From an uncultured bacterium (lineage in GTDB: Bacteria; Bacillota; Clostridia; Oscillospirales; Acutalibacteraceae), in the NCBI GenBank assembly GCA_905215855.1, contig CAJMRT010000003.1:12597-76596 (forward strand): DNA of 64,000 nucleotides, given 5' to 3'. Position 1 is the first letter of the stretch, and each line of letters opens with the position of its first letter. Positions 28,299-37,280 of this stretch are shown one piece after another. The notes under the pieces are model-generated. The model had not been told where the DNA came from, did no database searches, and saw only the letters and a list, made by a program, of their open reading frames with translations. The position numbers were made by a program, and so were the translations under genes.

Positions 28299-28340
28299 AA
28301 AAGGTCCGATGCCATCGAAATGACATCGAACCTTTTTAAA
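28299..28340. terminator. Bidirectional terminator between wzx (+) and the 719-aa repeat protein (-)
   Basis: Imperfect 12-bp stem ggtccgatgcca / tgacatcgaacc flanked by an A-run and TTTTT. Confidence 0.5.
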
Positions 28341-28376
28341 TTTTACTTTTGTTTGAAATCAATTGCGATTTAGCAA

Positions 28377-30536
28377 TTATTTCTCACCGAGATTCCAATA
28401 GCCAAGGAACATACCGTAACCATCAGTACTAGAACCCGTTACCTTTGAGTCGCATACAACAAATGTTTCACCATTGTGGTCTGCTGTTGTAAATGTACCC
28501 TTATTGTATGTTGCGCTATAACTACCGCTCTTAGCATTTAATACATTGTATCTGGGTGAAAGGAGCGTTCTAAAATCACCGTTACTGTTGCAGAATACAA
28601 CATTCTTAGCATTATCAATTGCCTCAATCTGATCACTGTTAAGTGTTACCGAGTATACAGAATACTTACCACCTACGAGAGCATTAGTTTTTAACGATGG
28701 AGTATACTTATCGTCTGTCTTCTTCATTTCAATCTTAGTAAGATCAGCCGGTGAGTTACTTGAACCATACGCAAGATATACTCCCTTGTTCATTGCCTTC
28801 TTGCCCTTTACAGGTGCCGGGAATACGCAGTAGAGTGTTGCTGTGCTTTCTACGATTTTAACTTCTGATGTTGACCAATATCCTGTGAATGTGCCGTAAC
28901 CCTCAATACTTGAACCGGTGCTAATACCGTCACAGATTACAAATGTGTTCTTTGCTCTGTCGGCAAGCTTAGCTTTTGTTTTTGTGTATTCTGATGAATA
29001 CTCTTTTCCGGCAGGAGCCTTCATTACGCTGTACTTGCCGTTGATGTAAGTTCTGTATGTACCTGAAGCATTCTCAAAGATTACATATGCTGATGCATCA
29101 ATTGCTGCCACCTGATCCTCTGTAAGAGTCACAGTATATACCGGATATGTACCTGATACAAGCTGACTAGTCTTTGAATCTACATCTACATATGTGCTTG
29201 TTCTTGTCATCTTGATCTTATTGAATGAACCAATCTTGTAATCATTACTGTATCCAATATATACACCCTGATTCCAACAGTTCTTCCACTTTGTTGATGC
29301 CGGTGCCACTGCGTATACTGTAGTACACTTTGTCCAGTATCCTGTATATGTGCCGTAACCGTCTATGCTTTTTCCTGTTGTTACTTCACCATTCATAATG
29401 AATGTGTAATCATTAAGATTTGCAAGAGATGTTTTAGCTGTGTTGTAATCTGCACTGTATGTTCCTGTCGGAGCTTTAAGAAGATTGTACTTTGAGCTTA
29501 CATATGTCTTATATGTATTTGAGTTGTTTACAAGTACTACATAGATTGCCTTGCTTACTGCCTCTGCCTGCTCTTTTGAAAGTGTTACAGTGTAGAGAGC
29601 ATATGTACCTGCTGTAAGCTTGTCTGTCTTTAAATCAGGTGTAAGGAAATCTGTTGTCTTTGTAAGCTGAATCTTTGTGAATGTGTCGATGGCATACTTA
29701 TTGCTGTATGCAAGATAGATACCGTCATCCCAACATTTCGGGCTTGATGCTGTCTTTGGTACAACAAAGTTAAGTGTTGTTTCGCCTACCGGCTGAGTTG
29801 GCTCAGTTGCAGGAACTGTTGTCGGTTCTGTAGCAGGCTGTGTGGGTTCTGTTACAGGAGCAGTTGTCGGCTCTTCTGTAGGCTCTGCTGTTGTTGGAGC
29901 TGTTGTGGGTTCTTCTGTAGTAGGTTCTGTTGTAGGCTCTTCACCCTGAACGAGTTTTGCCTCAGCAGTAAATGTAGCACCCTCTACTCTTTCTTCATCA
30001 TAATTGATGTAAGAAATGTCGATGTTCTTACCCTCAAAAAGCTCTTCATACGAATCAGCCACTGTACCGGTAAGAATCTGAACATCGAGGTCAACTGTTG
30101 TATTGCCGCTGCCTATAACATCAAATGTGAATGTACAATAAACGCTCTTCTGCTTGAAGTTGTAAAGGTCAAGACTTGTACAGTTGAAAGGTAATCTGCC
30201 ATCAAGTTTCTTATTCCAAACGATTGTGTCGCCGAATACAGGGAAAACTGTGCTTCTTGTGTTTGTTGAAGTAAGCTTAAGTACAGAGCTGTCATATGTG
30301 AGTGTGCTCTGTGTGTTAAGAATCATATTCTTAGCCTGAAGATTGTATGTAACAACAACCTGTTTTGTATTTGCATTATACTCATACGAAACAGGATCTG
30401 TTACATTTGATGTAACATTGATTTTGTTTGTAGAATCTGTTTCGGCAGCGCTTGCAGAGAATGGGAGAGCTGTGAACATACACAGTACCATCATAACCGC
30501 AAGAACCACAGAAAGCTTTTTCTGGATTTTTTTCAT
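28377..30536 (-). CDS. Secreted 719-aa protein. N-terminal ~200-aa domain, Pro/Thr/Glu-rich linker, then three tandem ~150-aa repeats of unknown function.
   Basis: Signal peptide MKKIQKKLSVVLAVMMVLCMFTALPFSASA. Linker (EPTT)n. Three repeats, each starting ...KCWDDGIYLAYSNKY / KNCWNQGVYIGYSNDY / KKAMNKGVYLAYGSSN and ending ...GYGT(Y/F)TGYW. No C-terminal anchor. Confidence 0.6.
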   Translation of the reverse strand: MKKIQKKLSVVLAVMMVLCMFTALPFSASAAETDSTNKINVTSNVTDPVSYEYNANTKQVVVTYNLQAKNMILNTQSTLTYDSSVLKLTSTNTRSTVFPVFGDTIVWNKKLDGRLPFNCTSLDLYNFKQKSVYCTFTFDVIGSGNTTVDLDVQILTGTVADSYEELFEGKNIDISYINYDEERVEGATFTAEAKLVQGEEPTTEPTTEEPTTAPTTAEPTEEPTTAPVTEPTQPATEPTTVPATEPTQPVGETTLNFVVPKTASSPKCWDDGIYLAYSNKYAIDTFTKIQLTKTTDFLTPDLKTDKLTAGTYALYTVTLSKEQAEAVSKAIYVVLVNNSNTYKTYVSSKYNLLKAPTGTYSADYNTAKTSLANLNDYTFIMNGEVTTGKSIDGYGTYTGYWTKCTTVYAVAPASTKWKNCWNQGVYIGYSNDYKIGSFNKIKMTRTSTYVDVDSKTSQLVSGTYPVYTVTLTEDQVAAIDASAYVIFENASGTYRTYINGKYSVMKAPAGKEYSSEYTKTKAKLADRAKNTFVICDGISTGSSIEGYGTFTGYWSTSEVKIVESTATLYCVFPAPVKGKKAMNKGVYLAYGSSNSPADLTKIEMKKTDDKYTPSLKTNALVGGKYSVYSVTLNSDQIEAIDNAKNVVFCNSNGDFRTLLSPRYNVLNAKSGSYSATYNKGTFTTADHNGETFVVCDSKVTGSSTDGYGMFLGYWNLGEK

Positions 30537-30850
30537 GCTAATTACTCCTTGAAAATAAAATACTTTAGTGTCACAAGTTGTGACTAACTTCCAAACCTCG
30601 GCATTTCAATCGCACCGAATTACCGAGCCTATTTAGAATTATAGCACAATAATGATGCACCTACAATAAAGGTGTTATTTTTTTAACGAAAATCTTTCTC
30701 TTTTAAATCTGTGCAAAATAACGGTAAATCTGCTATTTTACACAAATAAAAGTCCTGCTAATTGTGCATATCGTCTTATTTGGACTTTTTTTATAGAAAT
30801 ATAATTAGCAATAATATTATCATTTGCGATTTTCTTCGACAATGCTTTTG

Positions 30851-30889
30851 TAACAAAAAGTCCGTGTCAAGTATATTTTGACACGGACT
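30851..30889 (-). terminator. Rho-independent terminator of rpe
   Basis: Perfect 12-bp stem agtccgtgtcaa / ttgacacggact, 7-nt loop, followed on the minus strand by TTTTTGTT. Confidence 0.7.
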
Positions 30890-30927
30890 ATCTTGCTATT
30901 TGTGGTTAAATTTTGTCATTTGGTTTA

Positions 30928-31575
30928 TCAAAAAGATTTAAACAGTTCAATTGCCTTTGCAGGGTCAGCAGCTCTGAAAACAGCTGTACCCGCAACGCAT
31001 ACATCAACGCCTGCCTCGGCTGCCTGTTCAATTGTATCTCTGCCAATTCCGCCGTCAGCCTCAATCAGAATATTATCGAGACCTCTGCGTTCACACTCCT
31101 TCTTGATTTCTCTTACTTTCGGCATCATATCGGGCATAAAGCTTTGACCTCCGAATCCCGGTTCAACCGTCATAACAAGCACAAGGTCAAGCTTTTCAAG
31201 ATAAGGAAATACTGTCCACGCAGGAGTGTTAGGCTTTAAAACAAGACCGGACTTAATTCCTCTTGACTTTATTTTGTCAATTGTGCTGTCAATATCGGAA
31301 TCACACTCAACATGGAATGTGATAATATCAGCGCCTGCATCGGCAAAATCATCAATATACTTGAGCGGATTGCTTATCATAAGATGAACATCGAAAGGAC
31401 GGTTTGAAAACTTTCTGACTGCCTTGATAATCGGTGCACCAAAAGTTATATTAGGAACAAAGTGGCCGTCCATAACATCGAGATGCATCCAATCGGCACC
31501 TGCCTGATCCATTCTTTCTATTTCTTCACCCATTTTTGAAAAGTCACAAGATAAAAGTGACGGAGCTATTTTCAT
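30928..31575 (-). CDS. rpe: Ribulose-phosphate 3-epimerase
   Basis: MKIAPSLLSCDFSKMGEEI...DWMHLDVMDGHFVPNITFG and a C-terminal GADxxVAGTAVF, the canonical Rpe motifs. Confidence 0.9.
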   Translation of the reverse strand: MKIAPSLLSCDFSKMGEEIERMDQAGADWMHLDVMDGHFVPNITFGAPIIKAVRKFSNRPFDVHLMISNPLKYIDDFADAGADIITFHVECDSDIDSTIDKIKSRGIKSGLVLKPNTPAWTVFPYLEKLDLVLVMTVEPGFGGQSFMPDMMPKVREIKKECERRGLDNILIEADGGIGRDTIEQAAEAGVDVCVAGTAVFRAADPAKAIELFKSF

Positions 31576-31593
31576 ATTTATTTTACATCCTTT

Positions 31594-34266
31594 CTACGGT
31601 TTCTGAAGTGCAGGGGCAAACACAGCGGCAGCACCCCAGAACAACGCATAAATCAAGACTTCAAGTGAACCCATAACACCCACACCCGCATACAGTGAAA
31701 GGGTTGACGCCACAAGCAAGCCGAGAATTACGGCAATCAGCTGAATTATAATTGAAAGCGAAATATTGTGCTTAATTTTTACGCAGCCTGTAACGGCACG
31801 GGCAAGCGATGCAGCCTTACCGTTAGTAATGAGGTAAGAACGAGAGGTTTCTTCAACAGTGTCCTCTGCCTCTTTAAGAACATTTCCGAGTCCTGTCGGC
31901 AACACCTTGATACTGCGATAGAACAAATCGTAAAGATTTGCAATAAGGTCATTTGTAACATTATAATCGGTTGTTCTGATAAGGAAACTGATGCCGTTGG
32001 TTTCGGCTCTCTGCATTTCAGCCTTAAGCTGAGGGTCGGCGGTATATTTTGTAACGAACATTGCAACGAGTCTGCCCGCTCTCGAAAGATATGTAACCTG
32101 TCTGCCCTGAGAAGTATATTTCTCCTCATATTCCATATTCGGAACTTCAACGCTGTATTTTTCCATAAGGGTGCGTGAGCCGACAAGGATTCTCTCGCTG
32201 TTAATCCAGCCGACAAGACCGATTTCGTCCTCGTACAGCACACTTTCAACCTCGGGAAGAGTTTCGTTTGTTTCGGCAACAACCGAATCAAACGCATTTG
32301 CAATCGGGTTCTGAGCCTCTTTGAGAATGGCTATACCGCACAAAAGTGACTCGTCAATTGCGTACTCCTCAAAGGTTTTGATTCCCTCAAGTGAGATTGA
32401 TTCGGCAGGGAACAGCTCGGTTGCATCTATCATAATGGCAGTGCTGTCGCAGAACTGTTTTACAGACGGATAACCCGAAAGCATTGAACCGTAGGAAAGC
32501 AAAGTTTTGCAGAGCTTTCTCACAGGAGCATTGACCGACAAAAGCGTTGCCACAGGAACGGACACCGCCGTTACAAGGGCAAATGCACTCAACGCACCGG
32601 CAAATGACATTTTAACAATGCCGTACATAATTGCGATTATCACTGACGCAACCGTTGTTATCGGGGCAAGTTTTGATGCCAAATCCTCACTCGGATCGGG
32701 AGCGTAGGATATTTTCAGGAAGTTTGCAGGGAATTTTGTCTTATGCTGATATGCAATAATCGGACGGTCGGCAGCAGTACCGCTCATCATCTGTCTTGCA
32801 ACAGACTCGTTATTATAAATTTTTGACGCATACTTCTGACCCTTTGATGATACAAAGCAGAAATTATCCTTTACACGAAGAACCATCAGAAGTTTGCCGA
32901 CATTGTTCGCAAAGAATGCAACCAGCGGAATTACCGTATAATAATTTACATAGAAGCCGTTCAAATCGCCAAGGCAGAAGAATGATACTATTATCTGAAC
33001 CATTCCTGCCGCACCGGCAACAGCGACAGCCGTGTCGGAGTTGCCCTTTATACGGACAAGCGGCGAAAGTCCGCTCAGCATTGCCACACGATTAAGCACA
33101 AGTGATGCTGTCATAAGAACAAACAGCAGAATTGCGTATGCAGCGGGTGCAAACGGTATTGAGGAACAGATTGCACTCGGAAAAATTCTTGTCACAATTG
33201 TAAGCACAACAACTATAGCTGCAATTATTCCCGAAAGCAGACTTCTCATAAACAGCTTTCTTATATTAAGATTAAGCTCATAGAATATGCTCTTTTCGTC
33301 CTCTTCACCTGTATAATCCTCAACAGGCTTTGCGTTTTCCTCTTTAACGGTATCGCTGTCATCGGATTCATCTTTTGAAAAAATCCCTACAAGAGCAGAA
33401 ATCACCTTTTCACCGAGAGGACGATTGTCCTTGTGCTTTTGCTCAGCGGGAGCAGCCTCTTCATCGACAGCAGTCGGTTCAGGTCGAAGCACATGAGCTA
33501 TTACCGAAGGATTTTTTGAACGGACATACTCTTCATACTCGTTAGCGACAACCTCAGAAAATCTGCCTGCCTTAACATTAAGAATATTTCTGGGTTCATC
33601 GGGACGATAAACAGGAACTTTTGCAACCACTTTGCGTGGCGGTTTTTCGGTATTTGGAAACTGATGAACAGGGGTTTTAGAAGATTCGGGAGTTTCCTCC
33701 TTTTCCTCTTCCTTTTCTTCAGGTTTATCATCGGGAATATCAATATCTATCGTATTGTAACTTTTGATTTCAGCGTCCTCACGGAACTGTTCAACCTCGC
33801 CGAGTACTTCACCCGAAAATTCTGTATTTTCGTCATATTCAGGGGTGAGAGTTACTATCTTATTCTCTTCCTCTGCGGCTTTTTTCTTTGCCTCTTCATA
33901 CTCACGCTTAGCTTTTTCGGCTCTTTCGGCTGCCTTTTTTTCAGCTTCTGCTTTGAGCTGTTCGGGAGTTACAAGTTCATCGTCATTTCCGTCCATTATC
34001 AGCTCTGCCTGCATTGTGGCAGCCGTTTTATCTCCGACTATTGAATTTGAGGTATTAGGTTCGGATTCATCGAGCGGATTTGCATTTTTTAATCTTGGCT
34101 TTTTATCTGCATTGCTGAAAATTTCCTCAACCTTTGGTTTCGCACGGTACTTTTCAGCAGTTTGCTCCATTCGCTCCTGATCGGCAAGATAGTGGGTTTC
34201 TTCGAGTATGCTCTCAATTTCAAGCTCTTTGAGCCTGTCCTTATCCATATCAGCCAAAGCATTCAC
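31594..34266 (-). CDS. Large membrane protein: ~330-aa acidic/Lys-rich low-complexity N-terminus plus a C-terminal P-type-ATPase-like (E1-E2 fold) region with degenerate catalytic motifs
   Basis: The TM region and downstream cytoplasmic domain follow the P-type ATPase order. The motifs are altered: DKTGT becomes IDATE (the catalytic Asp may be retained), TGES becomes SGTAAD, M(I/V)TGD becomes IRTTD, GDGxNDxP becomes ITNGKAAS. A RLVAMFVTKYTADPQLKAEMQRAETNGISFLI segment resembles the conserved P-domain stretch. N-terminus (AERAEKAKREYEEAKKKAAEEENK). Confidence 0.4.
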   Translation of the reverse strand: MNALADMDKDRLKELEIESILEETHYLADQERMEQTAEKYRAKPKVEEIFSNADKKPRLKNANPLDESEPNTSNSIVGDKTAATMQAELIMDGNDDELVTPEQLKAEAEKKAAERAEKAKREYEEAKKKAAEEENKIVTLTPEYDENTEFSGEVLGEVEQFREDAEIKSYNTIDIDIPDDKPEEKEEEKEETPESSKTPVHQFPNTEKPPRKVVAKVPVYRPDEPRNILNVKAGRFSEVVANEYEEYVRSKNPSVIAHVLRPEPTAVDEEAAPAEQKHKDNRPLGEKVISALVGIFSKDESDDSDTVKEENAKPVEDYTGEEDEKSIFYELNLNIRKLFMRSLLSGIIAAIVVVLTIVTRIFPSAICSSIPFAPAAYAILLFVLMTASLVLNRVAMLSGLSPLVRIKGNSDTAVAVAGAAGMVQIIVSFFCLGDLNGFYVNYYTVIPLVAFFANNVGKLLMVLRVKDNFCFVSSKGQKYASKIYNNESVARQMMSGTAADRPIIAYQHKTKFPANFLKISYAPDPSEDLASKLAPITTVASVIIAIMYGIVKMSFAGALSAFALVTAVSVPVATLLSVNAPVRKLCKTLLSYGSMLSGYPSVKQFCDSTAIMIDATELFPAESISLEGIKTFEEYAIDESLLCGIAILKEAQNPIANAFDSVVAETNETLPEVESVLYEDEIGLVGWINSERILVGSRTLMEKYSVEVPNMEYEEKYTSQGRQVTYLSRAGRLVAMFVTKYTADPQLKAEMQRAETNGISFLIRTTDYNVTNDLIANLYDLFYRSIKVLPTGLGNVLKEAEDTVEETSRSYLITNGKAASLARAVTGCVKIKHNISLSIIIQLIAVILGLLVASTLSLYAGVGVMGSLEVLIYALFWGAAAVFAPALQKP

Positions 34267-34440
34267 TCCTTTATTTTTTCGTTCGAGTAGATAGTTTAGG
34301 TTTATCGGAAACTATGCCGCCCGAACGGTACTCTCTGTTTTTTTACAGTCTTTGTATGGGCGGATATTATCCGCCCGTTTTGATAAAACATTTTGTTTAA
34401 TCGCATATTTTTTGATATGAAGAAAGTTGTGTATTCCAAT

Positions 34441-34590
34441 GTAGGGGCGGAACCGTGTTCGCCCGTTCGTGTGCTTTGCACACGATTGAACGCAATGCGT
34501 TCAAATTTAAAACAATATTAATAATTATATTAAATTATTTTGATGAAACAGATAATCTCTTTAATGCGGGCGAACGAGGTTCGCCCCTAC
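34441..34590. repeat. MITE-like element bounded by inverted GC-rich hairpin repeats (GTAGGGGCGGAACCGTGTTCGCCC ... GGGCGAACGAGGTTCGCCCCTAC)
   Basis: ~150 bp. The terminal inverted repeats share GTAGGGGCG. Internal palindromes (gtgtgcTTTgcacac, ttgaacgcaatgcgttcaa). A homologous 149-bp copy is at 58165..58313 and a solo end at 44551..44572. Confidence 0.6.
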
Positions 34591-34644
34591 ATACATATAC
34601 TTTAATAAATTTTCCATTTTTCACTTTCAACTTTCAATTTGACA

Positions 34645-35406
34645 TTATCTGTTTTTCATCGCTTTGTACATCAAAATTCCTGCGGCAACTGATGCGTTAA
34701 GAGAATTTATCTGACCTTTCATCGGCAATGACACGATTACATCGCACTTTTCACGGACAAGTCTGGAAATGCCCTTGCCCTCGTTGCCGATGACAATTGC
34801 ACACGCACCCGAAAAATCACATTTATCGTAGTCCGTGCCGTCCATATCTGCACCGTAAACCCACACGCCTTTTTCTTTGAGTTCATCAAGCGTAACGGCA
34901 ATATTAGTCACCCTTGCAACACGCATATACTCAATTGCACCCGCAGACGCTTTTGCAACGGTGTAGCTCAAACTTGCACTTCTGCGTTTGGGAATAATAA
35001 TTCCGTGAACGCCTGCACATTCAGCAGTTCTGATGATTGCACCGAGGTTGTGAGGGTCTTCAACTTCATCAAGCACAACAACAAACGGTGCTTCGCCCTT
35101 GCTTTCAGCATATTCAAGAATTTCATCAACCGTTGAATAATCTTTTGCCGCCGCAAATGCTACAATGCCCTGATGAGTTGCGCCACCGCTAACATAGTCA
35201 AGCTTTGTGCGGTCAACTTCTTTTACAGGAATCTTTTTGTCACGGGCTTTTGCAAGTATTCCCACAATAGCCCCGCTCTTTTCGCCCTTTGCAACAAGGA
35301 TTTTGTCAATAGGGCGGTTACTGCGAACAGCCTCACTTACAGGATTTCGTCCTGCAATCACATCAGGCTTTTGTTCTGTATTTTCAAATTTTTCGTTTTT
35401 CATCAT
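34645..35406 (-). CDS. rlmB: 23S rRNA (guanosine-2'-O)-methyltransferase, SpoU/TrmH family (RlmB/YacO)
   Basis: N-terminal substrate-binding domain plus a SPOUT domain with DEVEDPHNLGAIIRTAE, VIGNEGKGIS and LNASVAAGILMY motifs. Confidence 0.85.
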   Translation of the reverse strand: MMKNEKFENTEQKPDVIAGRNPVSEAVRSNRPIDKILVAKGEKSGAIVGILAKARDKKIPVKEVDRTKLDYVSGGATHQGIVAFAAAKDYSTVDEILEYAESKGEAPFVVVLDEVEDPHNLGAIIRTAECAGVHGIIIPKRRSASLSYTVAKASAGAIEYMRVARVTNIAVTLDELKEKGVWVYGADMDGTDYDKCDFSGACAIVIGNEGKGISRLVREKCDVIVSLPMKGQINSLNASVAAGILMYKAMKNR

Positions 35407-35515
35407 AAATCAGCCTTATCCGGATTTTTTCGTGTCTGTATTGGACACACTTTTTTATTATTATGTTAATTATAACACAAAACAAAAAATTGTGAAATAC
35501 CTTTATCTTAAAAAC

Positions 35516-36106
35516 TCAAACTCTGTACAATGTATCAAGAGCAATCGCCCCCGAATCGATGTATTCGGGGATAATGCCGTACATTCCCATAGCCGTATCC
35601 TCAAAAATCACCATATGCGGAGGGAAAACCGTAAAACTGCAGTACACGGCAATCAACAGAAGCATCAAAAACACACACGGCAAAAACAAGGGTTCAAGCT
35701 TTTTGTCACTGTATTCAAGTTTTGCACTCAGAACAAAGGCACACAGGCATACTGCGACCGCACAAATAAACCTCGGCAGATTTGCGTTTTCAATGCCGAG
35801 TGCATAGATTAAAAGGTATGACAAAAGACAAAACGCACCGACAAACCAAATTGATATTATTCGTGACACGGCAAAGCGATGAAAACCCGACCGTTTGCCC
35901 ACTGCCTCAACAAGGCTCCAAATTAAGTACGACAGCATTACGATTTTTGTTTGTTCCCACATACTGTCGTTTACCGAGCCGAAAAAAATTCCCAGCAGTG
36001 CGCCGTTTGTGAGTGAATACAGATTTTTGAACACAATTATCATCAGAGGTACAATGACAATCCCCCATATCTGCATTTTTACGGTTTCTTTTTTCATAAA
36101 ACACAC
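35516..36106 (-). CDS. Hypothetical polytopic membrane protein (~6 TM)
   Basis: Hydrophobicity only. Confidence 0.35.
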   Translation of the reverse strand: MCFMKKETVKMQIWGIVIVPLMIIVFKNLYSLTNGALLGIFFGSVNDSMWEQTKIVMLSYLIWSLVEAVGKRSGFHRFAVSRIISIWFVGAFCLLSYLLIYALGIENANLPRFICAVAVCLCAFVLSAKLEYSDKKLEPLFLPCVFLMLLLIAVYCSFTVFPPHMVIFEDTAMGMYGIIPEYIDSGAIALDTLYRV

Positions 36107-36539
36107 CTCGCCGATGTATTCTATGAGTGTCGATTGTCAAATATTACCTTTTTCCGTTTTCAAAAACAGTAATGTTTGTTATTTCTTTTTACAAATTTGC
36201 AATTTATTTTTCCAATTTGGCACATATACATTCTGTATAATTCAACATTTTCAACAGCAATGTGGAAAACTATGTTGAAAGTGTTAAAAGTGGTGTTAAG
36301 AAAAGCCGATATTCCACGAAGTTTACAAACTTGTAACTTTTAACATCAAAAAACCGAGTTTTCCACATTTCTCATAAAGAATTTTAACATCAGTACTCTA
36401 TTACTAATTGTATAATCGGTGTGTCAAGGGTTATTTTTTATGTTTTTTCAACATTTTTATTTCGCAGAAAATGTCCGTGAAAATCAAAAAACAGGTACAC
36501 AACCGTGCACCTGCAAATTTCAAGGTTATTTATCATTTT

Positions 36540-37241
36540 TTAGTTTCTGAGCAGATGAATAGCCGTTTCGGCTTTCTCGATAATTCTCAAATCGTTATCA
36601 TATGAGCACATTTTTCGTGCCTGCTGCAAGTCAACCCAAATATAACTGTCAATTTCCTCTTCCTGAATCGTCACATTATCCGTAAATGCCTGTGCAAGGA
36701 AAAAGACAACCCTTTTGCGAATTTTACCGAAAGGACAGTATTCGCTGATTTCACGAAAGCCCTTTTCAATCACGACATCAAGACCTGTTTCCTCTTTAAT
36801 TTCACGGATAGCCGTCTGATGTTCGTTTTCGCCCTCTTCAATATGACCCTTCGGAAAGCTCCAATACCTACCGTTGCTGTTCTTAACAAGCAAAATTTTC
36901 GTGTTCTGCCTGCTCTTATAAAAGATAACCGCACCGCAAGACTTTTCGTAAAGACAAACAATGCTTTTCAGCTTGATATTTTTCAGTCTTGAAAGCACCT
37001 GTCGAAGCTCCGGTTCATAAAACACCTCACCAAATTGCGACACAATCGGACGCTCACCGCCCAAGCCGTCAAACTCAGCCACCGCAACAACAACGCCCTC
37101 AAAATACTCTGTAACAGGCTTGTGCGAAATAACATACGCACTCTTGTTTGATACCGAGCCGGAGGTGATTTGTGCCGAATAAAGCTTGTCGCTGATTTTT
37201 CCGAATACATTCACTTTTACATTGTCCGCTATCATCGGCAT
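36540..37241 (-). CDS. Nudix hydrolase with an ~100-aa N-terminal extension of unknown function
   Basis: Nudix box GHIEEGENEHQTAIREIKEETGL (GX5EX7REUXEEXGU) in the C-terminal half. The N-terminal 100 aa have no recognisable motif. Confidence 0.7.
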   Translation of the reverse strand: MPMIADNVKVNVFGKISDKLYSAQITSGSVSNKSAYVISHKPVTEYFEGVVVAVAEFDGLGGERPIVSQFGEVFYEPELRQVLSRLKNIKLKSIVCLYEKSCGAVIFYKSRQNTKILLVKNSNGRYWSFPKGHIEEGENEHQTAIREIKEETGLDVVIEKGFREISEYCPFGKIRKRVVFFLAQAFTDNVTIQEEEIDSYIWVDLQQARKMCSYDNDLRIIEKAETAIHLLRN

Positions 37242-37280
37242 ACACCTCCTTTTCGTAATAATTTTAAACTATTTGAACTA

